From assembly GCA_038064595.1 (NCBI GenBank), contig JBBTSV010000009.1, forward strand, positions 8,769 through 72,768: a DNA stretch of 64,000 nt, read 5' to 3'. Position 1 is the stretch's first letter; each line of letters starts with the position of its first letter. This DNA is from Patescibacteria group bacterium (GTDB lineage: Bacteria; Patescibacteriota; Minisyncoccia; Phycocordibacterales; Phycocordibacteraceae). Under the pieces are notes generated by a model. The model was not told where the DNA came from, ran no database searches, and was given only the letters and a program-made list of their open reading frames with translations. Position numbers and translations under genes: made by a program. Shown piece by piece: positions 28,145 to 37,109 of the stretch.

Positions 28145-29014
28145 ATGACCAAGGACGAGCTGTGGCTCCTCACTGAAAAATACGGCGGCGCACTTTCTCC
28201 CGCATACGAAGCCGACCGCGCCCGGCTCGCCTCTGGCGAGCCGCTGGCCTACGTCATCGGCTGGCAACCTTTTCTCGGTCTCAAAATATATCTCGACTCC
28301 CACCCTCTCATTCCCCGACCAGAAACGGAGTGGTGGGTCGACGCACTGCTGCGAGAGCCGAGTCGGGGCGTTCCCGAGAAGAGAGTCCCGCAGCGCGTCG
28401 GCGCGAGGGGAGGCGATTTTTCAGCAGAAAAAGACGCCGCTCTCCTCGAGGGAACACTCGACGAGGCGCCACTGAAATTTCTCGACCTCTGCGCCGGATC
28501 GGGCGCGATAGGGTGTGCAGCATTGAAGCTGACTGACGCCGACATCTATTTTGGCGAGATCGACCCGGCGCACCAAGCAACGATTGAGAAAAATGTCCGT
28601 GAGAATGATCTCGACGCGTCGCGTGCACATATTAAAATCGGTGATCTCTTTGAGCCCTTTGGTGACATGCGTTTCGACATCATCGCCTGTAACCCGCCAT
28701 ACATTCCTACGGAGCGAGTGCTCGAGAAAAGCGTTGCCGACTACGAGCCCGCGCTCGCGCTCCGCTCGGGCAACGACGGACTCGACCTGATCCGTCGTAT
28801 CGCCACCGAGCTCCGACAGCACCTCACTCCTGCCGGAGTTGCCTGGATCGAGTGCGACAGCGCGCACGCGGCAGCTCCGACGCCCAGAGGGGGCGGAGCC
28901 CCGATCACAAGCGTCGGGGCCGCGTGCGCGCTGTTCACCTCCGCAGGCTTCTCTGCCACGATACGCACCGACCAGTACAAAGTACCCCGAGTGATTGTAG
29001 TATCATTCTCGTAA
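28145..29014 (+). CDS. prmC: Release factor glutamine methyltransferase (HemK)
   Basis: GEPLAYVIG, LIPRPETE, LDLCAGSG, NPPY; two apparent insertions. Confidence 0.92.
   Translation: MTKDELWLLTEKYGGALSPAYEADRARLASGEPLAYVIGWQPFLGLKIYLDSHPLIPRPETEWWVDALLREPSRGVPEKRVPQRVGARGGDFSAEKDAALLEGTLDEAPLKFLDLCAGSGAIGCAALKLTDADIYFGEIDPAHQATIEKNVRENDLDASRAHIKIGDLFEPFGDMRFDIIACNPPYIPTERVLEKSVADYEPALALRSGNDGLDLIRRIATELRQHLTPAGVAWIECDSAHAAAPTPRGGGAPITSVGAACALFTSAGFSATIRTDQYKVPRVIVVSFS
28385..28446. repeat. Family E repeat inside prmC
   Basis: ccgcagcgc..ggcgcgagg..ttttcagcagaaaa; similar to the intergenic copy at 53729-53791. Confidence 0.7.
28874..28920. repeat. Degenerate family D palindrome inside prmC
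   Basis: gctccgacgc...gcgtcggggc; encodes APTPRGGGAPITSVG. Confidence 0.7.
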
Positions 29015-29274
29015 TGCCTGGACAGCCACTCCAACCCTTTGCGCCGCCGAACATGATTCTCGGTAACCTGCCCGGCGGCCTCACGTCAGGCATGCTCATA
29101 ACCTGGGGCTGGTACGCTGTGTGCGCCTTTTGGGTCGTCTACACGCTCGTCGCGATCTACCACTGGATCAAATATTCCCACGCATCTTGGGTTATGGTTC
29201 CTGCAATCGCACTCCACCTCCTAGTCTCGTCCTCTCTTATCGTCTATGCTTTTACGGGCATCTGGTATCTATGA
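29014..29274 (+). CDS. Small 2-TM membrane protein
   Basis: TAATG overlap with prmC; YTLVAIYHWIKY. Confidence 0.7.
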   Translation: MPGQPLQPFAPPNMILGNLPGGLTSGMLITWGWYAVCAFWVVYTLVAIYHWIKYSHASWVMVPAIALHLLVSSSLIVYAFTGIWYL

Positions 29275-29816
29275 AAGAATTTGAACTCGAACCGGGAGAG
29301 TTTGTCGTGGAGCAGCTCCGCAAACATTGGCTCCTCTTTGTGGGTGAGCTCTTGCCCTTTGCCATCCTCGCCGCCCTCCCTTTTGCGATCCCCAAACTCC
29401 TCCCCCTTGCACCACCACTCGCCTCTTTTTCAGTGTATTTCGACTACAGCACGGCGGGTGGGCGGGTCCTCTTGGGGATCTGGCTCCTTGTCACCTGGAC
29501 AAGCGCATGGGGCGCCTTTACCCGCTACTTCCTTAACGTGTGGGTGCTCACGAGCCAGAGGATCGTCAATATTAAGCAACGCCAATTCTTCTCGCGCGCC
29601 GTATCGAGCCTCTTCCTCTCCCGCGTCCAAGACGTGACCACCACAGTCGAAGGGGTCCTCTCCTCTTTTCTCAATATCGGCGATATAAAAGTGCAGTCTG
29701 CTGGTGAGGAGATCGAGTTTGTTATGCGCGGTATCCCCCGCCCAGAGTCTATGCGTGATTTGATCCTTAAGTATGTCCCTGAGGAGGATGAACAGAAACC
29801 AGCTGATCGGCAGTAA
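29271..29816 (+). CDS. Membrane protein with bacterial PH domain
   Basis: RKHW, 2 TM, WVLTSQRIV..RVQDVT..GDIKVQSAG. Confidence 0.8.
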   Translation: MKEFELEPGEFVVEQLRKHWLLFVGELLPFAILAALPFAIPKLLPLAPPLASFSVYFDYSTAGGRVLLGIWLLVTWTSAWGAFTRYFLNVWVLTSQRIVNIKQRQFFSRAVSSLFLSRVQDVTTTVEGVLSSFLNIGDIKVQSAGEEIEFVMRGIPRPESMRDLILKYVPEEDEQKPADRQ

Positions 29817-29841
29817 GGGAGAGACGTGATAAAATCACGTC

Positions 29842-31077
29842 ATGAGCGAGCCTCTTTCTACCGACTCCTATAAAGGCGTCCGCGACTTCTACCCCAAGGA
29901 CTGGGCGCGGCTTTCCGCGCTCTTCACCCGTGTGCGCGAAACGCTTGCACGCTGGGGCTATGAAGAATACAACGCCTCCCCGCTCGAGCGTGCCGAACTC
30001 TATGAGGCCAAAACATCAGAAGAGATCGTGGGCGAGCAGACGTACACCTTCACCGACCGCGGCGACCGGCGCGTGACACTTCGACCCGAGATGACCCCCA
30101 CCCTTGCGCGCATGGTGGCCGGCAAGCGTCGCGAGATGCCCTTCCCGCTTCGCTGGTTCTCGATCGGCAACCGCTTCCGCTATGAGCGTCCACAGAAGGG
30201 ACGCCTCCGTGAGTTTTACCAAGTCGACGTTGACCTTGTTGGGCTCCCTGAGGGCGAGGCCGACCTTGAGATTATCCAGCTTGCCTCGGCACTCGTGCGC
30301 GACTGCGGTGCTGCTGAAAAAGATTTTGTGATACGCGTGAACTCACGCACCCTTCTCAACGCTGCGTGTAAGGCCGCAGGGTTACAAGGCGATGCGGTGC
30401 GCTCCTATCTCCATCTCTTGGACAAGCGCGCGAAGATGACCCCCGAGGCCTTCACCGCCGCGCGCGAGACTATCACAACAAAAGATCCTCTTACCTTCAT
30501 TAAGACAGATGAGATGGAGACGTTTGTCGCGACGCTGAAAGCACGTGGAGTGAGCAATGTTGTGTTTGACTCCGGAATCACGCGCGGCTTCGACTATTAC
30601 ACCGGGCTCGTTTTTGAGGTCTTCGACACGAGCCTTGAGAATCCGCGCGCACTCTTTGGCGGTGGCCGCTACGACCAGCTCGTCGCACTCTTTGGCGGTG
30701 AGCCTATCCCTGCGGTGGGCTTCGCCTTTGGCGATGTCGTTTTCGCTGACTTCCTCGAGACGCATGACCTCACGCTTCCCGCCAGCACAGCGCGCCCCCA
30801 GCTCTACCTGGGCACCCCCATCGAGAGCGATATCCCCGCGACACAAGCGTTTGCCCAGACACTGCGCGCAGAGGGTGTGCGCGTCTTCGTGAATCTCACC
30901 CAGAAGTCGCTCGGAGAGCAGATCAGGGATGCCGTGAAGCGCGAGATTCCCTTCTTCATCGCCTACGGCGCCGACGAGATCGCGAACAATACCGTGCGGA
31001 TGAAAATCCTCGCGACGAGCGAGGAAGAGGAGCTCTCTATCACCAATATCGCCGCGCGTCTGCACGCGGAAAGCTAA
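29842..31077 (+). CDS. hisS: Histidine--tRNA ligase
   Basis: KGVRDFYP, LRPEMT, FRYERPQKGRLREFYQ, RGFDYYTG, GGGRYD. Confidence 0.97.
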   Translation: MSEPLSTDSYKGVRDFYPKDWARLSALFTRVRETLARWGYEEYNASPLERAELYEAKTSEEIVGEQTYTFTDRGDRRVTLRPEMTPTLARMVAGKRREMPFPLRWFSIGNRFRYERPQKGRLREFYQVDVDLVGLPEGEADLEIIQLASALVRDCGAAEKDFVIRVNSRTLLNAACKAAGLQGDAVRSYLHLLDKRAKMTPEAFTAARETITTKDPLTFIKTDEMETFVATLKARGVSNVVFDSGITRGFDYYTGLVFEVFDTSLENPRALFGGGRYDQLVALFGGEPIPAVGFAFGDVVFADFLETHDLTLPASTARPQLYLGTPIESDIPATQAFAQTLRAEGVRVFVNLTQKSLGEQIRDAVKREIPFFIAYGADEIANNTVRMKILATSEEEELSITNIAARLHAES

Positions 31078-31078
31078 C

Positions 31079-31660
31079 ATGCGCGCTATCACCTTTGACA
31101 TTGAATCTATATCGGACTCGATGGTGCGTGGCCGCGTCGACGTGAACGAGCAGGAGCTCATCGTGATCGCTACCCATGACTCCGAAACCGACGCCTACAC
31201 TTCCTACTTTCGTGAAGACCTGCCCAAGCTCTGGCCGATACTCGAGCATGCCGACATGCTGATTGGTTTTAATTCTGACTTCTTCGACATCCCGCTGCTC
31301 AACCGCTACTACCCCGGCGACCTCTCCCATATCCGCTCACTCGACCTCCTCGCGGAGGTGCAGAAAGTGCTCGGCCGCCGCATCCGGCTCCAGTCGCTCG
31401 CTGAAGCGACGCTGGGGAGAGGGAAAAAGGGGGATGGGCTGAAGGCACAGGACTGGTGGCGCGAGGGCAAACGCGACAAGGTCGCCGAATACTGCATTGA
31501 AGACGTGCGACTTACGCGCGAGCTCTATGACTACGCGCGTAAAAACGGTGTTCTTAAATTTAAGGATTTGCGCGATATTCGCGACATCAAGCTCGACACG
31601 AGCCGTTGGGAGGAGCAGCGCATGAACGCACCTACCCTAACTCACGCGCTACAACTATGA
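31079..31660 (+). CDS. RNase H-like/DnaQ-like 3'-5' exonuclease (YprB-like)
   Basis: FDIE, GFNSDFFDIP, YCIEDV. Confidence 0.85.
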   Translation: MRAITFDIESISDSMVRGRVDVNEQELIVIATHDSETDAYTSYFREDLPKLWPILEHADMLIGFNSDFFDIPLLNRYYPGDLSHIRSLDLLAEVQKVLGRRIRLQSLAEATLGRGKKGDGLKAQDWWREGKRDKVAEYCIEDVRLTRELYDYARKNGVLKFKDLRDIRDIKLDTSRWEEQRMNAPTLTHALQL

Positions 31661-32322
31661 AAACCTCCTCTATCCCCCTTGCGATTGTGGCTGGTGGCAT
31701 CATCATCGCCGGTGCGATCTATCTCGCTGCGCCTCGTGGTCCCGTAGCGACTGAAGACGGGGACCCGCGTCTGGTCCGACCCGTGACGAGTGCAGACCAC
31801 ATACTCGGCAACCCCACCGCACAAGCCTTTATTATCGAGTACTCCGATATCGCCTGCGACTTTTGCAAAGACTTCCACACCACCATGCGCCAGCTCATGA
31901 CTAGTGAGAGCGCGTCAGGAAAAGTAGCGTGGGTCTTCCGACACTTCCCGCTCACCGAGATACACCCCACCGCTCTCTCGCTTGCGCGCGCCACAGAGTG
32001 TGCCGCGAGTGTCGGGGGGAATGAAATGTTCTGGAAATTTACTGACGCGCTCTACGCCAAACAGCCGGTCGACCCGAGCACGCTCGGGAGCCTTGCGAGT
32101 TCAGTCGGCATCTCGGGCACTGCCTTCGCGAGCTGCTACGCAACCGCCTCGTCAACCATCGAGGCACGCATTCAAGCTGATCGCCAAAATGCGCTCGACA
32201 TTGGCGCACAAGGAACGCCTTATTCGCTCATCGTCGTCCCGGGCAAAGCACCGGTGGTCGTCGACGGCGCCTACCCCTACGACAGCCTGAAGCTCCTGCT
32301 CGACAACGCCCTCTCAAATTAA
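31657..32322 (+). CDS. DsbA/thioredoxin-family protein
   Basis: N-terminal TM, EYSDIACDFC, RHFPL, GTP. Confidence 0.9.
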   Translation: MKTSSIPLAIVAGGIIIAGAIYLAAPRGPVATEDGDPRLVRPVTSADHILGNPTAQAFIIEYSDIACDFCKDFHTTMRQLMTSESASGKVAWVFRHFPLTEIHPTALSLARATECAASVGGNEMFWKFTDALYAKQPVDPSTLGSLASSVGISGTAFASCYATASSTIEARIQADRQNALDIGAQGTPYSLIVVPGKAPVVVDGAYPYDSLKLLLDNALSN

Positions 32323-32363
32323 AGCGCGAAGGCTGTAAGCGATTTTTAGGGCTCCGCAGCGCA

Positions 32364-33209
32364 CTACTCCTCGCCGATTAAACCAAGTCGGTAGAGCTCA
32401 AAAGAGTGGTCGCCCTCGAACATGTCGGAGGGGTTGGGGAGATAGGTACGTGCGCGCATGATCTCAGCCGTTGCTTCTTCAAGGAGACGATGGAAGACGT
32501 TGAAGTCTTCAGCGTGCTCCTTAAAGTCAATCGCGTAGCGCCGCATCTGTGGGCTGCTGTCCGCATTTTTGGTCTTCTTGCACTCGTAGACGATAAATTG
32601 ACGCACCGGCTTATTGAAGAGCTCCCGCACCGTGTAGTAGTTAAATATCGCCTGAATAATAAAGAGTGTCTTGACCGCCCCGCCCTTACTAAACGCGGCG
32701 ACGAACTTATGATCGACGATATCTACCGCGCCCTCCTCCAGCTTCGACGCGACCACGAGATCAGAGACCGCCTTCAAGGGGAGCGAGAGTCCGGTGACCT
32801 CGACCACCCCCTTCACCTCGACCCCGAGCACCGTATGGCGTGGTGGACGCGCGAGGTAATAACCGATCGCACGTAGATACTCTATCTCCATTAATTTCCG
32901 TTTCTCCTTCTGTGCACGCATCGACTTAGCCTTCCCGAAATTGATTTCAAAGTCGGCAATGGCGCGTAGATACTCGAGCCCGCGCGCTATCGCGAGCTCC
33001 TTGGGCACGCCACTATAAAAATGCTCGAGCGCGTAGTGCCCTGCGCTACCCACCGCCGAGGCGGGGGTGCGCGGGGTGTCGTAGATCTCCTCGACATAGC
33101 GCGCGTACCACGCAAGTGGGTTGCGTAAAAACGCCATCAAGCTCGAGTGGCTCCAGTGCTTAATCGGCGCCTTCTTCCGCTTCCCCACCTGTTTTCTCTT
33201 TTTCTGCAT
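32364..33209 (-). CDS. PD-(D/E)XK nuclease family protein
   Basis: WSHSSL, GSAGHYALE, VSDLV..IVDHK, QAIFNY; no Fe-S cysteines. Confidence 0.75.
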   Translation of the reverse strand: MQKKRKQVGKRKKAPIKHWSHSSLMAFLRNPLAWYARYVEEIYDTPRTPASAVGSAGHYALEHFYSGVPKELAIARGLEYLRAIADFEINFGKAKSMRAQKEKRKLMEIEYLRAIGYYLARPPRHTVLGVEVKGVVEVTGLSLPLKAVSDLVVASKLEEGAVDIVDHKFVAAFSKGGAVKTLFIIQAIFNYYTVRELFNKPVRQFIVYECKKTKNADSSPQMRRYAIDFKEHAEDFNVFHRLLEEATAEIMRARTYLPNPSDMFEGDHSFELYRLGLIGEE

Positions 33210-33227
33210 ATTTTTAGTTTAGTATAG

Positions 33228-33271
33228 ACTATCCAAGCTTTGTCCCTATAGAGACATATCTTGGATACCTC
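33228..33271. repeat. 44-bp palindromic direct repeat, copy 1
   Basis: actatccaagctttgtccctatagagacatatcttggatacctc; 40/44 identical to 33878-33921. Confidence 0.92.
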
Positions 33272-33272
33272 T

Positions 33273-33857
33273 CTATTCTGGAGGGAGGTCAAAGTGTTCC
33301 CGGAGATGCGCATCTCGCTCCAACCGCTCTACGATCATGTACAACACATCTGCTCCTACACGAAAGCTCGCTTTAACGAGCGCAATGAGATCCTCACAGT
33401 CATATGGGTAGATCCATACACTGTCCTGTAGTCGAACAAACCCGTACTCCTGCATAAAACGACGGAGACTTACGCGTATACCCTTACGTCGCTCCGGAAT
33501 ATCAAAGATGACCACCCGCCACCGCCTATCCCAGCGTCTTTTCTTATTGCTTACCTTCTTTTCAAGTTCCATCTTGACCACAAGCTCCCCTTTTTCAGTT
33601 ATGCGCGCCACACGCCTCCCCCTCACTTCACTAAATTCTATAAGCCCGCGGGCAGCAAGACGTCCGAGCGCCGACTTTGTTTGATAATTAAACCGTGCAC
33701 CTTTCTTGTATCCGGGAAAGTACTCAATCAGACGAAGGGCGTTCGGTATCGCTACCGCCGTCATCACCACACCCCCGACAACCACCGCGGCAAGGAGTGC
33801 TTGTTGAAATGTACCCAGTCGCCGTTCGCGTCGTGCAACTCGCTCAAGATTCCCCAT
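33273..33857 (-). CDS. PaaX-like protein (wHTH + Cas2-like ferredoxin-fold domain)
   Basis: ALGRLAARGLI..RITEKG; WDRRWRVVIFDIPE..LQDSVW. Confidence 0.88.
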   Translation of the reverse strand: MGNLERVARRERRLGTFQQALLAAVVVGGVVMTAVAIPNALRLIEYFPGYKKGARFNYQTKSALGRLAARGLIEFSEVRGRRVARITEKGELVVKMELEKKVSNKKRRWDRRWRVVIFDIPERRKGIRVSLRRFMQEYGFVRLQDSVWIYPYDCEDLIALVKASFRVGADVLYMIVERLERDAHLREHFDLPPE

Positions 33858-33877
33858 TCATTTCAGGCTAGCACATC

Positions 33878-33921
33878 ACTATCCAAGCTTTGTACCTATA
33901 GAGACATAGTGTGGATACCTC
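33878..33921. repeat. 44-bp palindromic direct repeat, copy 2
   Basis: actatccaagctttgtacctatagagacatagtgtggatacctc. Confidence 0.92.
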
Positions 33922-34141
33922 CTTTGTAAAAGACGGTCCGCGTGGTGACACGCGAACCGAAGCATTTGGATCTGGGCACTGATGACTCCTATTCACCCGG
34001 TCCATCTTCCGGTTCAACAGGAGCCTTGCACACTGCGTACAGCATTCCCTTATGGGAATGCTTTCCTCGATCCTCATTGGCTGTTTCCGCTTTTTCGATC
34101 ACTCTATCGTTGGATTTTTTGCAGTTCACCAAAGCAGAGAT

Positions 34142-35404
34142 CTAGTAACTCTTCAGATGGCGGGCTTTGTTGTGGGTGCGGATTTTCTCAAGCGCTTTTG
34201 CCTCGATCTGGCGGATGCGCTCTCGCGTGACGCCGAACTCTCTACCCACCTCTTCAAGCGTGTGGTAAATACCGTCCATAAGTCCATGGCGCATCTCAAG
34301 GATCCTGCGCTCCTTAGGCGAGAGATCATTCAAGATCTGACGCACCTGCTCAGAGAGAATGCGCTCTGACGACTCTTGTACTGGTGAGGGGATTTTGTCG
34401 TCGGGAATAAAGTCGCCCAGTGTGGACTTCTCATCATCATCGGAGCCAACCGGATTCTCCAAAGAGAGTGTATCTTGGTTAATCTTCTCGATTTGATAAA
34501 TCTTCTCCGGCTCAACGCCCATCTCAACTGCGATTTCTTCAGCCTGCGGATCACGCCCAAGAACCTGTGCGAGACGGCGCGAGACCTGCTTATACTTGGC
34601 GATCGTCTCCACCATATGCACGGGGATACGGATCGTGCGGCTTTGATCAGCGAGCGCGCGCGTGATCGCCTGGCGGATCCACCACGTCGCGTAGGTGGAG
34701 AACTTGTACCCCTTCTTCCAGTCAAACTTGTCCACCGCACGGAAGAGTCCCAAATTCCCTTCTTGAATAAGATCAAGGAGAGTGAGGTCTGGGCTACGGC
34801 CGACATACTTCTTGGCAATCGAGACCACGAGACGCAGGTTGCTGCGCGCGAGGATGTTGCGTGCTTCGGCGTCACTCTTCTCGATACGCTTGGCGAGCTC
34901 ACGCTCCTCAGCGGCAGTGAGGAGCGGGTACTGCCCAATCTCACGGAGATAGATCTGGATAGAATCGTAGCCGGTGGAGTGCCGGTCTTTAATGTTGCGT
35001 GTTGCGAGGTATTCGTCAGCGGCATCTTCAAGCATGCCGCCCTCGAGCACGTCTACACCGGCGATAGCAAAACGTTCGTACAGCGACTCGAGGAAGTTGA
35101 CATCCTCTTCAACATGCGGAAATGATTTTAGAATCTCGTTATAGGTGACATAGCCGCGCTCCTTTCCCTTCTCAATAAGTGCTTCAGCCGAGAGTGCTTT
35201 CTGTGCGCCGGCTTTTGCCTTTGCACCACGCACAGCAGCGCGCACCACCTGCTTCTTGGAGACCTTGTGCGTGGTCACTTTTTTGGCCTTCTTCTTGGCA
35301 GGCACGCGCTTCTTAACCGATTTTTTGATCGGCTTTCTGGTACGTTTTGTTGCTTTGGGATGAGACGTGGCCCTCTTCTTTTTGGTAGCGGATTTTTTGG
35401 TCAT
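34142..35404 (-). CDS. rpoD: Primary sigma factor with Lys-rich N-terminus
   Basis: [49 protein letters not shown]. Confidence 0.97.
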   Translation of the reverse strand: MTKKSATKKKRATSHPKATKRTRKPIKKSVKKRVPAKKKAKKVTTHKVSKKQVVRAAVRGAKAKAGAQKALSAEALIEKGKERGYVTYNEILKSFPHVEEDVNFLESLYERFAIAGVDVLEGGMLEDAADEYLATRNIKDRHSTGYDSIQIYLREIGQYPLLTAAEERELAKRIEKSDAEARNILARSNLRLVVSIAKKYVGRSPDLTLLDLIQEGNLGLFRAVDKFDWKKGYKFSTYATWWIRQAITRALADQSRTIRIPVHMVETIAKYKQVSRRLAQVLGRDPQAEEIAVEMGVEPEKIYQIEKINQDTLSLENPVGSDDDEKSTLGDFIPDDKIPSPVQESSERILSEQVRQILNDLSPKERRILEMRHGLMDGIYHTLEEVGREFGVTRERIRQIEAKALEKIRTHNKARHLKSY

Positions 35405-35420
35405 AAATAAAATAGGTCGG

Positions 35421-37106
35421 TCAACCGCCGAGCACAGAAAGACGTGCAGAGAGTGTGGCACACCGCTGCTGCGCCTCCGTGATGCGGAGTAAGTTGTTGG
35501 CCGTTTCGGCTCTCCGTAATTGTGCTACTGCGTCCTCATACGCCTCGCGGATCACCGCTTCTTCAAAGGCGCGGAGAAGCTCATCTCCCGCATGCTCGTC
35601 CGGACCTTCGCCCACCATTTCTTCAGCATGAAATATGGCGGCCTCCGGAGGCGAGTCAGACGGGAAGATTTCAGCCTCGGTAATTCGACAATACTCTGAT
35701 TTGACGTGCTCTGCAAGCGGTGTTTCGGGGTACGCGTGGACAAGCGCGCGCAGTAGTTCATCGCGTGTCTCACGCGCGGTACGCGTGACACCAATCTCCG
35801 ACTGAGCCCCCACCTCTCCAGTAGAGACGGGCATGCGTGGGACTCGTTTCAATGACTCCCGCACCGCTTCACTGCTCACTCCCAAGGTGCGCGCGGTCAC
35901 TTGGATAAAGTGATCCCGTTCCATCGGACTCGGGAGCGCGATCAGGAGCGGGAGCACGATAGCCTCCACCTTACGCAAGAGCCGGTGAGAGTCGTGTTCA
36001 CTCTCGGCAAGCTCGGCGAGGAAGAACTCGATAATCGGCTGCGCCGCGAGCACGCGCTTGGTGAACTCTTTGGGATCTTCGTGCACGAGATCGGCCGGAT
36101 CCTTGCCCTTAGGCAAACGTGCTGCCTTGACCCGCAGCCCGGCAGCGAGCGCGAGTGTGGCTGAGCGCGCCGTGGCGGAGAGCCCGGCCGGGTCCGCATC
36201 AAGCACGAGCATGAGGTTCTCACTAAAGCGCTTCATAAGTCGCAGGTGCTGCTCCGTAAGCGCAGTGCCCGAGAGCGCGACCGCGCTTGAGAAGCCGGCC
36301 TGATGCGCCAAGAGCACGTCCATCTGCCCTTCAACCAGCATCACGAAGCCCCGGGTCCGGATTGCATCTTTAGCACGATCAAGCCCAAAGAGAAGCTCCG
36401 ATTTGTGATAGAGCTCGGTCTCCGGACTGTTCAGATATTTCGCCGGTTCATCGGCAGAAAGTGCCCGCCCTGTGAAAGCGACCACCCGCCCCGCGCTGTC
36501 ACGAATTGGGAACATGAGTCGATTGCGGAAGCGATCATAGTAGGTGCCCGGCTTGCCGTCGGCCTCCTTCACGAGCCCGGCAGAAAGCAGCTCTTCGAGT
36601 GTGAAGCCTTTAGCGGAAAGCGCTTCTAGGAGCGCGCGCCACTCTGCCGGCGCAAAGCCAAGCCGCCACTCTTTTATCGTTTCGGCAGTGAGCCCCCGTG
36701 TATGGGCATAGGCTTCCGCCGTGCTCCCCGAAAACTGTCCGGCATACCACTCGCTCGCGGTACTCATCACAGCATACAGCCGTTCTTTTTTAGTCGAATC
36801 TTCTCGCGGACCACCTTGGTATGTTTCAATCACCACGCCGGCTTTCTCAGCGAGAATCTTGAGCGCACCCTTGAAGTCGACCCCTTCGATTTTCTCGATG
36901 AATGAGAACCCATCCCCGCCGAGCCCACAGCCAAAGCAGTGCCACGTCCCCCGCTCTGGAGAAACATGGAAGCTGGGCGTCTTCTCTTTATGAAAGGGGC
37001 AGAGCCCTCTCACCGACTTTCCCGCCCGCACAAGCTTCACGTACGGACTGACGATGTCCGTAATCGAGAGACGCTCCTTGATGAGAGCGACCGTGTCTTG
37101 TGCCAT
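35421..37106 (-). CDS. dnaG: DNA primase
   Basis: [46 protein letters not shown]. Confidence 0.97.
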   Translation of the reverse strand: MAQDTVALIKERLSITDIVSPYVKLVRAGKSVRGLCPFHKEKTPSFHVSPERGTWHCFGCGLGGDGFSFIEKIEGVDFKGALKILAEKAGVVIETYQGGPREDSTKKERLYAVMSTASEWYAGQFSGSTAEAYAHTRGLTAETIKEWRLGFAPAEWRALLEALSAKGFTLEELLSAGLVKEADGKPGTYYDRFRNRLMFPIRDSAGRVVAFTGRALSADEPAKYLNSPETELYHKSELLFGLDRAKDAIRTRGFVMLVEGQMDVLLAHQAGFSSAVALSGTALTEQHLRLMKRFSENLMLVLDADPAGLSATARSATLALAAGLRVKAARLPKGKDPADLVHEDPKEFTKRVLAAQPIIEFFLAELAESEHDSHRLLRKVEAIVLPLLIALPSPMERDHFIQVTARTLGVSSEAVRESLKRVPRMPVSTGEVGAQSEIGVTRTARETRDELLRALVHAYPETPLAEHVKSEYCRITEAEIFPSDSPPEAAIFHAEEMVGEGPDEHAGDELLRAFEEAVIREAYEDAVAQLRRAETANNLLRITEAQQRCATLSARLSVLGG

Positions 37107-37109
37107 AGA

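Noticed and set aside
32364-33921. CRISPR-Cas locus (Cas2-like + Cas4-like + repeats)
   Set aside because: Only two repeats, 650 bp apart with a gene between them; no spacers or cas1; the adjacent nuclease lacks Cas4 Fe-S cysteines.
33868-34077. 69-aa Cys-containing ORF between rpoD and the PaaX-like gene
   Set aside because: It runs through the 44-bp repeat and has no recognisable motif; may be real but not supportable.
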